Assembly: GCA_964581465.1 (NCBI GenBank)
Contig: CAZOOP010000004.1
Location: 7,459 to 71,458 of the forward strand
From: an uncultured bacterium
Lineage (GTDB): Bacteria > RBG-13-66-14
Direction of reading: 5' to 3'
Length of the DNA: 64,000 nt
The translations under genes and the position numbers were made by a program. The stretch's first letter is position 1. Each line of letters starts with the position of its first letter. The notes beneath the pieces were generated by a model. It was given only the letters and a program-made list of their open reading frames with translations. It was not told where the DNA came from and ran no database searches. Shown in pieces: positions 1 through 8,840 of this stretch.

Positions 1-188
1 GAATAACCATGGTTCCTTCTCCTCCCCTCGGTTTGAAGCTGAGCGGCAAGGCAAAAAGAAGCTTGAGCATTTACCACTATTTGCCTATGCTGATAGAGTC
101 AAAGTTTGTATCGGAGCTTCGTGTCTTATGAAACAATCGAGCATGGGATTACGCAACGACATAACCTGACTTGGCTGGAGGTATGGCG

Positions 189-722
189 ATGGGCGAGAAC
201 CTCAAGGGTATTATTGTTATCGTCGCCCGGGAGTATTCGCGGAGCATTCTGGGTGAGAAGCGAACCAACGAGCTGCTCGAGGAGTGCGGTTTGGCCGGGC
301 AGACCTTCCTGGCCACCAAGGACTATCCCAACAAACTGGTGTTCAGCTTCATCACCCTGGTGGGACGCGAGCAGGGCATGAACATGCTCCAGGCCGTTCA
401 GGCCGGCGGGCGCTACTTCGCAAGCACCTACGGTCCGAAGAACTACCGGGCCTTCTTCCTGATCAACAACACCCCCAAGAAGGCCTTCGGCGGCTTCCAG
501 AAGCTGTTCTCCACGGCCACCGAGGGCCAGGAGGTCGGCAACTACGCGGCCATCACCACCAAGTGGGTCGATGACGACACCGTTCGCATCCGCTACGACT
601 CACCGCTGCAGAACACCGCCTACCCCAAGGGGCTGGCCGAGGGCCTGGGCGACTACTTCGGCCAGAAGCTGCGGATCCGCGATCTATCCAACATCGAGTT
701 CGAGGTGTCGCTTTCGGGTTGA
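189..722 (+). CDS. H-NOX-like small sensor-domain protein, paralog 1 of 4
   Basis: 177 codons. GGAGG lies 7 nt before ATG 189 (the track ORF opens at TTG 171). N-terminus is MGENLKGII. C-terminal IRYDSPLQNTAYPKGLAEGL parallels the H-NOX YxSxR / GLxEG region. Aligns over its full length with the next three genes. Confidence 0.8.
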   Translation: MGENLKGIIVIVAREYSRSILGEKRTNELLEECGLAGQTFLATKDYPNKLVFSFITLVGREQGMNMLQAVQAGGRYFASTYGPKNYRAFFLINNTPKKAFGGFQKLFSTATEGQEVGNYAAITTKWVDDDTVRIRYDSPLQNTAYPKGLAEGLGDYFGQKLRIRDLSNIEFEVSLSG

Positions 723-787
723 TCCGGTACCGTCTATTGATCGGCGTTCCGTTGGACTAAACCATTATCGCCAGATAGGAGAAGCAA

Positions 788-1321
788 TTGAGTGAAAACC
801 TGAAAGGGATCCTCATCATCGCCGCTCGGGAATACGCCCGGGAGGTTCTGGGTATGGAGAAAACCCGGCAACTACTTGATAAAAGCGGCCTGGGCGACAA
901 GACCATCCTGGCCACCAAGGACTACCCCAACCAATTGGGCTTCGCCTTCATCACCATGGTGGGTCAGGAAAAGGGCCTGAGCATGCTCGAGGCCGTCCAG
1001 GAGGGAGCGGCCTATTTCGCCAAAACCTACGCGCCCAAGAACTACCGCGCCTTCTACATCATCAACCGGGACTTGAAGAAGGCTTTGAACAACTTCCAGA
1101 AGATCTGCTCCATCGCACTGGAGGGTCAGGAGATCGGCAATTACGCCGCCATCGAGGTTCGCCGCACCGGCGACGACAGCTTTCGCATCCGCTACGACTC
1201 GCCGCTGCAGAACACCGCCTACCCCAAGGGGCTGGTTCAGGGTCTCAGTGAACACTATCAAACCCCGGTCCGTATTAGCGACATCTCGAACACCGAGTTC
1301 GAGGTCAAGCTGGCGGACTGA
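788..1321 (+). CDS. H-NOX-like small sensor-domain protein, paralog 2 of 4
   Basis: 177 codons. TTG start follows TAGGAGA. Shares the family motifs LKGI, DYPNQL, YAPKNYRAFY, NNFQK, EGQEIGNYAAI, RIRYDSP and GLVQGL. Confidence 0.8.
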   Translation: MSENLKGILIIAAREYAREVLGMEKTRQLLDKSGLGDKTILATKDYPNQLGFAFITMVGQEKGLSMLEAVQEGAAYFAKTYAPKNYRAFYIINRDLKKALNNFQKICSIALEGQEIGNYAAIEVRRTGDDSFRIRYDSPLQNTAYPKGLVQGLSEHYQTPVRISDISNTEFEVKLAD

Positions 1322-1472
1322 CATTCACCGAAGCGAAGCCCAAATCTCGACTGGCTGTCGCAACCGACCGTTGCTATACTATAGAGGAACCGCACAGCAA
1401 ACCCACCGACTGTGCGGTTTCGATTAACCAGCGCAGATCAGACACAAGCGAATGATAAGGAGCAAAGCATAG

Positions 1473-2006
1473 ATGGCCGAGACCCTCAAGGGCATGAGCC
1501 TGGTCGTTGCCCGGGAGTACTCCAAAGTGACACTGGGCGCGGAGAAAACACAACAGTTGCTGGAAGAATGCGGATTGGCCAGTAAGCCCATTATCGTTTC
1601 CAGGGACTACCCCAACCAGCTATTCTTCAGCCTGATAACCCTGATCGGCCGCGAGCAGGGTATCGATATGTTCGAGATCCTTCTTCGCGGCGGGCGCTTC
1701 TTCGCCGCCGACTACGCTCCCGAGAACTACAACTCCTTCTACGTGATCAATAACACCATCGGCAAGGCACTAAACAACTTCCAGCGTTTGTTCGCCCTGG
1801 CCACCGAGGGCCGGGAGATCGGCAACTACGCGGCCATCACTACCGAGTGGATCGATGACGACACCGTGCGCATCCGCTACGATTCACCGCTGCAGAACAC
1901 CTCCTATCCCAGAGGTCTGGCCGAGGGCCTGGGCGATTACTATGACAGAGCTCTGCAATTGCGAGAACTGAGCGAGATCGAGTTCTCCGTCCGGTTACGG
2001 AAGTGA
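1473..2006 (+). CDS. H-NOX-like small sensor-domain protein, paralog 3 of 4
   Basis: 177 codons. AAGGAG lies upstream of the ATG. Same motif set as paralogs 1 and 2. Confidence 0.8.
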   Translation: MAETLKGMSLVVAREYSKVTLGAEKTQQLLEECGLASKPIIVSRDYPNQLFFSLITLIGREQGIDMFEILLRGGRFFAADYAPENYNSFYVINNTIGKALNNFQRLFALATEGREIGNYAAITTEWIDDDTVRIRYDSPLQNTSYPRGLAEGLGDYYDRALQLRELSEIEFSVRLRK

Positions 2007-2063
2007 GATACGGCGGATCGCCGCCGGCGGTCCAGATTACCCTTAGCGAAAGGAATCGGGGAG

Positions 2064-2594
2064 ATGGGAGACCAACTCAAAGGCATCATTTTCATCGTGG
2101 CCCGCGAATACTCGAAACACACCTTGGGCGAAGAGCGCACCCGGGAGCTTCTCGCTCAGTGCGGTCTGGTTGACAAGTCCATCCTGGCCACCAAGGACTA
2201 TCCAAACAAGCTGCTGTTCGGCTTCATCGCCCTGCTCGGCAAGGATCACCAGATGAACCTGATGGAGGCCGTTGAGGAGGGCGGGCGTTACTTCGCCGCC
2301 ACCTATGCCCCGCAGAATTACCGCGCATTCTATATCGTCAACCGGAACATGAAAAAGGCGTTGAAGAACTTCTCCCGGATCTGCTCCATCGCCCTGGAGG
2401 GTCAGGAGATCGGCAACTACGCCGCCATCGAGGTGCGGCGGCGCGGCGAGAACACCTTCCGCGTCCACTACGAGTCACCCTTCGGCAGCACCGCTTATTC
2501 CAAGGGGCTTGTCGAGGGCCTGAGCGATTATTACCAGGCTCCGATCGAGATCAACGACATCTCCAGCAGCGAATTCGAGGTCAAGCTTCGCTGA
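2064..2594 (+). CDS. H-NOX-like small sensor-domain protein, paralog 4 of 4
   Basis: 176 codons. GGGGAG lies upstream of the ATG. Same motif set, with VHYESP in place of IRYDSP. Confidence 0.8.
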   Translation: MGDQLKGIIFIVAREYSKHTLGEERTRELLAQCGLVDKSILATKDYPNKLLFGFIALLGKDHQMNLMEAVEEGGRYFAATYAPQNYRAFYIVNRNMKKALKNFSRICSIALEGQEIGNYAAIEVRRRGENTFRVHYESPFGSTAYSKGLVEGLSDYYQAPIEINDISSSEFEVKLR

Positions 2595-2785
2595 TTGTCC
2601 GGCCGCCGCCGATGATCTCCCTCGAAAGAAGCTGCGCGGGACCGTTGGTGAATGGTTGATGTACGCGTAGGTGTTGTCGAGTATCTTGCACCTGGTTCAA
2701 TCCCATATCCCGACCGCGCTGGATGTGGGTCTCGCCGTTGAGGTTCTAGCCGGGTAGGGTTTCAATCCCCACTGCGGCGTTGATT

Positions 2786-3141
2786 GGGATTATCACTCGC
2801 ATAAGAACCGACTCATCCAGCTAATAGATTATCATTCAACGCTTTATAGCTCGTAGTCGTCGCCATTGTCATCCCGTTGCATTGTCATACCAATGTATGA
2901 CGGCGATATACCGGGGCTTCCCTTTAGTTCCGCTGGAAGCCTGAGGCTGTTGTTACCGCTCAGGATTCAACCAGGCTGTGGCTGAAGGATCTGTTGACGG
3001 CACTCCATTACCCGCTACAGAAGCTTCGAACGGTTATCCGTCTTCAATGGTTGACACCCCGCTGCGGCTAATCTCCGAGCACCATTCTCGAGGTGGCTTT
3101 CCTGGGTTGCGAATGTGTTGTTCATCTTCTGTGATGATCCC
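2786..3141. mobile_element. MITE-like non-autonomous element with IS1595-like terminal inverted repeats
   Basis: Starts GGGATTATCACTCG and ends TTCATCTTCTGTGATGATCCC. These are the same termini as the IS1595-like remnants at 4070 and 34020. It contains no ORF. Confidence 0.6.
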
Positions 3142-3184
3142 TTGTTTTGAGATTGCTAGCGGAAACGGGATTTATGCGATCCAG

Positions 3185-3508
3185 GGGATCGAATACCCTA
3201 TCCGGACCGAATCGTGCTTGTAATCTGCTGATAATTCTAGGATGATTCTCTGAGGCTCGTCACAGAACGGGCAGTTGAAAAGTGGCGGCATTAAAAGAGC
3301 GTTATCAGTCGAAAATCATGTTATCCGCGGGCTTGTTTTTTTCTCCGACAGCAAAGGGCTATTGACTCTTAGGTGTTGGAATAACAGGCAATAAGAGCAC
3401 GCTAAATGTATGCTGGGTCAAAAACCGAGCATTTCCGGGAAGTGAATACCAGCCCAACAAGGGTATCCCAATCAGCCTGATTAAGTCCGATCACGTACCA
3501 TGATGCCT
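3185..3508 (+). repeat. Repeat family B, copy 1 (related to 31165-32236 and 41881-42516)
   Basis: Shares three blocks with the other copies: GGGATCGAATACCC..ATCGTG.TTGTAATCTGCTGATAAT, ACGGGCAGTTGAAAAGTGGCG, and CCCAATCAGCCTGATT..GTCCGA.CACGT.CCATGATG. Confidence 0.6.
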
Positions 3509-3680
3509 GTAGATTATCTGCATATCAGCTCCAGTTCAGGCATTCCGGAGACTGCTCGATCACCCGTCCTTTACCATTAGCCCCGCCGGGGAATGGCTGA
3601 CCTAAGGGCACATGAAAACGGGCGGCCCCGGCGGGACCACCCGTTGCTTGTTTATGGCGGGGGCTTTGTTCCAGCCCCCG

Positions 3681-3757
3681 TGGTGGCGGAGAAGGGACTT
3701 GAACCCTTGACGCCACGGATATGAGCCGTGTGCTCTGACCGACTGAGCTACTCCGCC
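3681..3757 (-). tRNA. tRNA-Met (anticodon CAT). Elongator-type acceptor. An Ile2-type lysidine tRNA cannot be excluded.
   Basis: Reverse complement reads GGCGGAG-TA-GCTCAGTCGGTCAGAGC-A-CACGG-CTCATAT-CCGTG-GCGTC-AAGGG-TTCAAGT-CCCTT-CTCCGCC-ACCA. This gives a full cloverleaf with an encoded CCA. Confidence 0.93.
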
Positions 3758-3823
3758 GCACCTCGATCGTCACGATTGATCGCGGAGGGGTATTATAGGC
3801 CAGCCGGGGCGGTTTTGGCAAGG

Positions 3824-4015
3824 CTAGTAGCTGTAGAAGTAGCCGAAATCGCCCATCGAGTTGTTGATGGTGTTCATGCAGTCGATGTGGTTCTGCATCA
3901 TCAGCCCGCTCATCGCCTCGTCGTACTCCGAGGAGGAACCGCCTTCAACAGAAGGACCATCAGGATCAGGACGACACGCTTCATTGTTTCTCCTTTGGGT
4001 AGTATTTGCCGTCAT
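3824..4015 (-). CDS. Hypothetical small protein (63 aa frame). The start and frame are uncertain.
   Basis: ORF ends GDFGYFYSY. The only good SD (AAAGGAG) serves an ATG at 3984 in another frame, encoding MKRVVLILMVLLLK... (24 codons). This suggests a frameshift or a mis-assembled small secreted protein. Confidence 0.3.
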   Translation of the reverse strand: MTANTTQRRNNEACRPDPDGPSVEGGSSSEYDEAMSGLMMQNHIDCMNTINNSMGDFGYFYSY

Positions 4016-4069
4016 TAACCTACAATGAAAAGCACGGGTGGTGCGAAAAGTGAAATCGGGCTTTTCTTT

Positions 4070-4607
4070 GGGATTATCACCTAATCATGAACAAGCGCGA
4101 AGTGTGTTCCTGAGGTAGTCGGGAGTGTTTTCGTCGTCGCGATGGTTGAATCGGAACGATTTTTCACGGATAAAGAGCCTGACGTTACGTTTGAAGCCAC
4201 CGTGATAGGCCTTTAGCACAGCCTCGGGAGCTCTCTGGGCCGTTGATATGCACTTTGATCGCACCGACCAGGTGCTTGCTGTCACAGCGCTTGGGGAGGA
4301 TGACGCGGACCGCCGGGAGGCCGAGTCGGAACAGACGGGCTATCTCACTGCGGTTTTCCGGCGGCGGCTCGTTGCGTCGCCCCCGGGGACGATGGCTGAA
4401 CAACTTGCCGCAACGCTTGCACTTACGGCGCCCGTCGGCGCAGCGGTAGTGATAGTGGTAGTCGCACCTGGGACACTTGACGTGCCGGTCCCTCGTTCTG
4501 CTCTCCCCTGCCACATTGACAACGTTTTGTTGGCAGGAAAAAAACTTGCTCACGCCGACATAAGTACCCAACTGCAATAGCTGATGTTCATCTTATGTGA
4601 TGATCCC
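4070..4607 (-). mobile_element. IS1595-family element remnant, internally deleted
   Basis: Termini are GGGATTATCAC and GTGATGATCCC. It carries fragments of a zinc-ribbon/DDE transposase. About 540 bp is too short for an intact copy. Confidence 0.7.
4085..4577 (-). pseudogene. IS1595-family transposase, fragmented (two frames)
   Basis: The N-terminal Zn ribbon is CPRCDYHYHYRCADGRRKCKRCGKLFS. The C-terminal AYHGGFKRNVRLFIREKSFRFNHRDDE lies in a second frame. The catalytic core is missing. Confidence 0.7.
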
Positions 4608-4798
4608 TTTTTTTATATGTGGGTCCAAGGTGTCTGTATCCAGTCCCGGTGAGTTTGCGGCAGAGGGTGGAGCCGGGCCGTATTGCGCTGGACTGAGCGC
4701 TGTGATACCATACATGGACCGTGAACACTCTATGAGATAGATTGGTCGTCTTTTCTCGTTTTACTTACTGAATAATTACCTTGTGGAGCGAACGCCTC

Positions 4799-6010
4799 AT
4801 GCAGCGCAGCATCCAGCAAGAAGTCGACGAATTGACCTTCGGTCTGGTGGATTGCCTGACCGCCGAGGAGCTGGCCGAGCGGCTGAAGGAGTGCCGCGAG
4901 AAGGGTCGGCCCTTCCGGCTCAAGTACGGCGCCGATCCCAGCGCCCCGGACATCCACCTGGGCCACTCCGTCCCGTTGCGCAAGATGCGCGCCTTCCAGG
5001 AGCTGGGCCACCGAGTGGACTTCGTCATCGGCGACTTCACCGGGATGATCGGCGACCCGACGGGGCGCTCGAAGACCCGGCCGCCGCTCTCCAAAGAAGA
5101 GGTCGCCGCCAACGCCCGAACCTACGAGGAGCAGGTCTTCAAGATCCTCGATCCCGAGCTGACCGACATCCGTTTCAACGCCGACTGGAACGACGCCCTG
5201 AGCTTCTCCGACGTCATCCGCCTGGCCGCCACCTACACCGTCGCCGGGATGCTCGAGCGCAACGACTACCGCCAGCGCTTCGAGGCCGAGAAACCCATCT
5301 ATATCCACGAGTTCCTCTACCCCCTGGCCCAGGCTTACGACTCGGTCCATCTTGAATCCGACGCCGAGATCGGCGGCACCGACCAGCTCTTCAACTTCGT
5401 CACCACCCGGGAGATCATGAAGCGCCACGGGCTGCGCCCGGAGATCGTGCTGACGGCGCCCCTGCTCGAGGGCACCGACGGGGTGGAGAAGATGTCGAAG
5501 TCGCTGGGCAACTACATCGGCATCAACGAGGCGCCGGAGCAGATCTACGGCAAGACGATGAGCATCCCCGATGAGCTCATCGTGCGCTACTACACCCTCT
5601 GCACCGATGTGGCCGCCGCCGAGGTGCGCCGACTGGAGGCCGATATGGCCGCCGGCGAGCTCAATCCCCGCGACGCCAAGGCGCGCTTGGCCCGGGAGCT
5701 GGTCCGGCTCTACCACGGCGACGCCGCCGTGACCGGCGCCGAGGAGCACTTCAACACCGTGGTGCGCCGCAAGGAACTGCCCGACGAGATCGCCGACTAC
5801 ACCGTCAAGCCTGACGAAAACTGGATCTGCGCCGTGATCAAAGACATCGGCTTTGCCAAGAGCAACGGCGAGGCCCGACGATTGATCAAGCAGGGTGCGG
5901 TGCGCCTTGACGGCGAGAAGATCGGCGACGTAGACCTGGAGCTGACCGCCGACAAGCACGGCGGACAGGTGCTCCAGGTGGGCAAGCGGCGCTTCCGGCG
6001 CTTGGCCTAA
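4799..6010 (+). CDS. tyrS: Tyrosine--tRNA ligase
   Basis: Carries the class I HIGH motif (DIHLGH), KMSKS, and a C-terminal S4-like segment ARRLIKQGAVRLDGEKI. ATG 4799 is preferred over the TTG at 4781. Confidence 0.93.
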   Translation: MQRSIQQEVDELTFGLVDCLTAEELAERLKECREKGRPFRLKYGADPSAPDIHLGHSVPLRKMRAFQELGHRVDFVIGDFTGMIGDPTGRSKTRPPLSKEEVAANARTYEEQVFKILDPELTDIRFNADWNDALSFSDVIRLAATYTVAGMLERNDYRQRFEAEKPIYIHEFLYPLAQAYDSVHLESDAEIGGTDQLFNFVTTREIMKRHGLRPEIVLTAPLLEGTDGVEKMSKSLGNYIGINEAPEQIYGKTMSIPDELIVRYYTLCTDVAAAEVRRLEADMAAGELNPRDAKARLARELVRLYHGDAAVTGAEEHFNTVVRRKELPDEIADYTVKPDENWICAVIKDIGFAKSNGEARRLIKQGAVRLDGEKIGDVDLELTADKHGGQVLQVGKRRFRRLA

Positions 6011-6103
6011 CCCTAGCCGGACCGCCCGCTGGTCAAGCTTATCGGTTTACGCGGGCAATCTTTTTTTCTTTTCCCACTCCGCCACACCACCCGAGGGGTG
6101 TAT

Positions 6104-6814
6104 ATGCAACGTCTCACCGCGATGCTTCTGCTGGCGTTGGTTCTAATCGTCACTACCTCCGGCGCCGATGAATTCTTCGACGAGCGCTACGTCCAGGTTG
6201 TCGCCGGGGCGAGCTTCTTCCCGACCGTGACCATGGTCGTGGTCGGTGATATCGGCTCGGAGATTCTGCCGACGATGGAGTTCATCCAGCGTCACGCTCT
6301 CGGCCCCACGATCCAGCTCGTCGCCCCGGTGCGCGAGTGGCTCAAGGTAGGCGCCGCTTTCAGTTGGGCCTATGACAGCTTCGCTTACGAGGAAGAGGGC
6401 CGGATGGAGAGCGAATTCAACCTGCAGATGACGGCCTACAGCCTGGCCATCCAGGCGCCCTTCTCCATCTTCCGCAGCGACTGGCTCGATGTCGATATCG
6501 TGCCCGGCTTCAACTACTATGGCGCCTCGCACCGGCCCGACAGCATCATCGCCCACGGCGAGACCTATTCAGACGTCGATTACCGGGGCAGCGCCGAGTG
6601 GACGGGCACCGGCTTCTCCGGCTTCCTCTCCACCACCCTCTACTTCGGCGACCTGCTGGTCAAGCTCGACGGTGGCTGGATCGTCGGTGGTGTCGATGTC
6701 GACCGCAAGCTGTTCATCGAGGGCGACGGCGACGAGGAAAGCGATATCTTCATCGATCCCGCCTCCACCCTGAGCAACTTCCAGGTCAACGTGGGCGTCG
6801 GTTACTTCCTCTAG
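6104..6814 (+). CDS. Hypothetical outer-membrane beta-barrel-like secreted protein
   Basis: Signal peptide MQRLTAMLLLALVLIVTTSGA. Alternating beta-strand pattern with an aromatic C-terminus VGVGYFL. Confidence 0.7.
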   Translation: MQRLTAMLLLALVLIVTTSGADEFFDERYVQVVAGASFFPTVTMVVVGDIGSEILPTMEFIQRHALGPTIQLVAPVREWLKVGAAFSWAYDSFAYEEEGRMESEFNLQMTAYSLAIQAPFSIFRSDWLDVDIVPGFNYYGASHRPDSIIAHGETYSDVDYRGSAEWTGTGFSGFLSTTLYFGDLLVKLDGGWIVGGVDVDRKLFIEGDGDEESDIFIDPASTLSNFQVNVGVGYFL

Positions 6815-6899
6815 CGTTTCAGGTCGCGATAGAATCGGGGGCCGCGGCAACGGATGTGAAGCATCCGTGGCGGCCCCTTTGCTGTGGAGTCCGGCCGGT

Positions 6900-7826
6900 T
6901 TAGTTGGTGGGGATCAGCAGCCGGGCTTTCTCCGGGGGGCGGTCGGTGTCGACGTACCATTCGTTGCAGAGGTTGCGGTGCCCCAAACGGTCGGGGCCGA
7001 TCCCCAGGGAGAGCAGGCGGCGGCCGCTGTCCGCGGCGACCTCGATCCAGGTCTCGAAGCGCCCCTCGTCGTCGCAGGCTACGGGGACCCAGTCGTAAGG
7101 CGAGCGATCGACCTGCAGACTGGCGTAGCCGTCATCGAGTTGGCGGCCTAGCACTCGAACCAGGTATGTTTCCTCTGTCGGACCTGGTTCCACGGTTATC
7201 TCATCGATCTCGAAGACCCGGGTGGCGAAGTTCTCGGTTATATGCAGGCCCAGGTCACCGTCCTGGTAGCCCTTGATCACCCCCAGGCCGATGTAATTGA
7301 AGTTCTCGCGCAGCAGGTTGTCGCGGTGGCTGGGCGAGGCCATCAACTTGGAATGGGCCAGCTCGACCAACCGGCGCCAGTCCGGACTCCCGCCGATGTA
7401 CAGGCGGGCCAGGTTCTCGCCGACCTCGGCTTCGGTGATTCCCGTTCCCGCTATGCGGTCGCGGCAGGTTTCCCGGCCCGGCAGGGGTGAAAAGTGGGAG
7501 AAGTAATCCAGGGCGATCATCTCGCGGGAGTGGCCGCGCGCGGCCCGACGCAGGTCCTCGTCCATCTTGAGGGGCTGGAGGCCGAAACGGCGGCGGTCCT
7601 GATTGATCAGCTTCAGCAGGTAGTCCTCGGCCTCGCGCTCCCCGGCGATGCCACCGTGCGGCGGACTGTACTCTCCCAGAACGGCGCTGGAGAGCTGCGC
7701 CGGCTCCAGCTCGGTGAGGAATCCGGCCTGGGTCGAGTCCAGCTCATCCCCGGCGCAGCCGGAGAGGAGCATTGCCAGAGCGCTGCCGATCAGGACGAAC
7801 AGAGTTGTTCTGCTGATTATGTGCAT
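6900..7826 (-). CDS. CAP/SCP (YkwD-like) domain lipoprotein
   Basis: Lipobox in MHIISRTTLFVLIGSALAMLLSGC. CAP-domain stretch GHSREMIALDYFSHFSP...ASPSHRDNLL. The start is set at the internal ATG 7826. Confidence 0.8.
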   Translation of the reverse strand: MHIISRTTLFVLIGSALAMLLSGCAGDELDSTQAGFLTELEPAQLSSAVLGEYSPPHGGIAGEREAEDYLLKLINQDRRRFGLQPLKMDEDLRRAARGHSREMIALDYFSHFSPLPGRETCRDRIAGTGITEAEVGENLARLYIGGSPDWRRLVELAHSKLMASPSHRDNLLRENFNYIGLGVIKGYQDGDLGLHITENFATRVFEIDEITVEPGPTEETYLVRVLGRQLDDGYASLQVDRSPYDWVPVACDDEGRFETWIEVAADSGRRLLSLGIGPDRLGHRNLCNEWYVDTDRPPEKARLLIPTN

Positions 7827-8840
7827 CTCGTGTCTTCCCGCTGTCGTCTTGTTGTCGGTAACGGGTCCGCTGTCTGGAAGGAGTCGGTCCTCTTCGGGCT
7901 GCCGGTAATTGATAGGCGTGTGTCTACCCTTACGGGAGCCCGGGGGATCAACACGGCATGCGAGAGCTTTAGCCAGGCGCCGGGCCATCACCCGGTGGGA
8001 TGATGCATTGAGTTGCGCCTTCGCCGGCGGACCTCGCGACTGTGACTCATTATGGGGGTGAGCACTCGTTCCCGGAGCGCATAGAGAGCTGGCAGATCGT
8101 CAGTCAATGCTTGATAGGGCAAACGAGTGTCATTGTCCACACTGCCGAACTGCTGATTTGCGGCAACGATCCCCACTTGGCCCGCGGGCTGCTGGAAGCC
8201 CGAGGATGTTGGTCTCAACCAAAGGCCATGAGGGTCATAGAGGTTATTGAGGTCATCGAAGCTATCAATAACGATACCCTGTGAGCGGTCTGACGATTGG
8301 TTTGGCGCCTGTCGCAGCCGGCCTTCTTCACAAGTTGAAGCCCTTGGCGGAGCAAGGATCGAGGACAACGCCCCGGTCATTCACAAGCTGCGTATGCCGA
8401 TCCGGTTGCCGTATTGATCCCCGTTCCGCTTCGCTGAGAGTCCAGGGCGGCTGCCGGGGCTTGCTCGTGACGACGCGGGAATCAAGTTGGAACAGACGAT
8501 GCCCGGATTCCGCCGCTATCATTGACTGTGAACCTTATCCGTCCGAGGCTTCCCGGGGTCAGGTCCGTAAGCCGTCGTTGAGCTGTCCGTGGGCCGATGG
8601 CAAGGTTGGAACACAGATGCGCCGCCTGGGTCGCACCTTCGGCGATGGTTGATATGCTGTACGTACCGGGAGTATTATCAAATCCAGCCGTTGCCTGTGG
8701 CCGTTGTCGCTGACCCGTGTCGTTGACCCGTGCCGTTGAGGTGAAGCCCACCTGAGCGCAACCCGGGCGAGTTTCTTTGTATCACCTAGAATAGAGTCTT
8801 TATCGTCTCACGTCAATCCGTTCCTGCCGAGGAGGCCGCC

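Noticed and set aside
1-12. GGAGGAGAAGG followed by ATG on the minus strand at position 10, suggesting a divergent gene starting at the window edge.
   Set aside because: Only the start codon lies inside the window, so nothing can be verified.
2640-2785. T-arm-like strings (GGTTCAATCCC, GGGTTTCAATCCCC), suggesting tRNA genes or tRNA-derived attachment sites.
   Set aside because: No acceptor, D or anticodon arms can be paired. They do not match the 3' ends of the two real tRNAs in the window.
4610-4798. Possible T-box leader upstream of tyrS. AGGGTGGAGCCGGG resembles the T-box core GGGTGGTACCGCG.
   Set aside because: Only a partial core match. I could not find Stem I features, a positioned UAC specifier, or a terminator/antiterminator pair. 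The available leader is also truncated by the IS remnant.
4730-5959. Long antisense ORFs opposite well-supported genes. Examples are 4730-5959(-) versus tyrS, 28311-29672(+), 36739-38607(+) versus rny, 51431-54538(+), 51399-53726(-), 21022-22230(-), 62639-63997(-) and 12282-13193(-).
   Set aside because: These are typical shadow ORFs of high-GC DNA. Their translations are Arg/Gly/Ala/Pro-rich low-complexity sequence with no motifs, and the opposite or alternative frame has clear family signatures.
7988-8751. Three short minus-strand ORFs in different frames (7988-8380, 8328-8522, 8482-8751) that might be pieces of one decayed gene.
   Set aside because: There are no recognisable motifs and no SD sites, and plus-strand ORFs of similar length overlap them. 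Evidence is insufficient to call either a CDS or a pseudogene.
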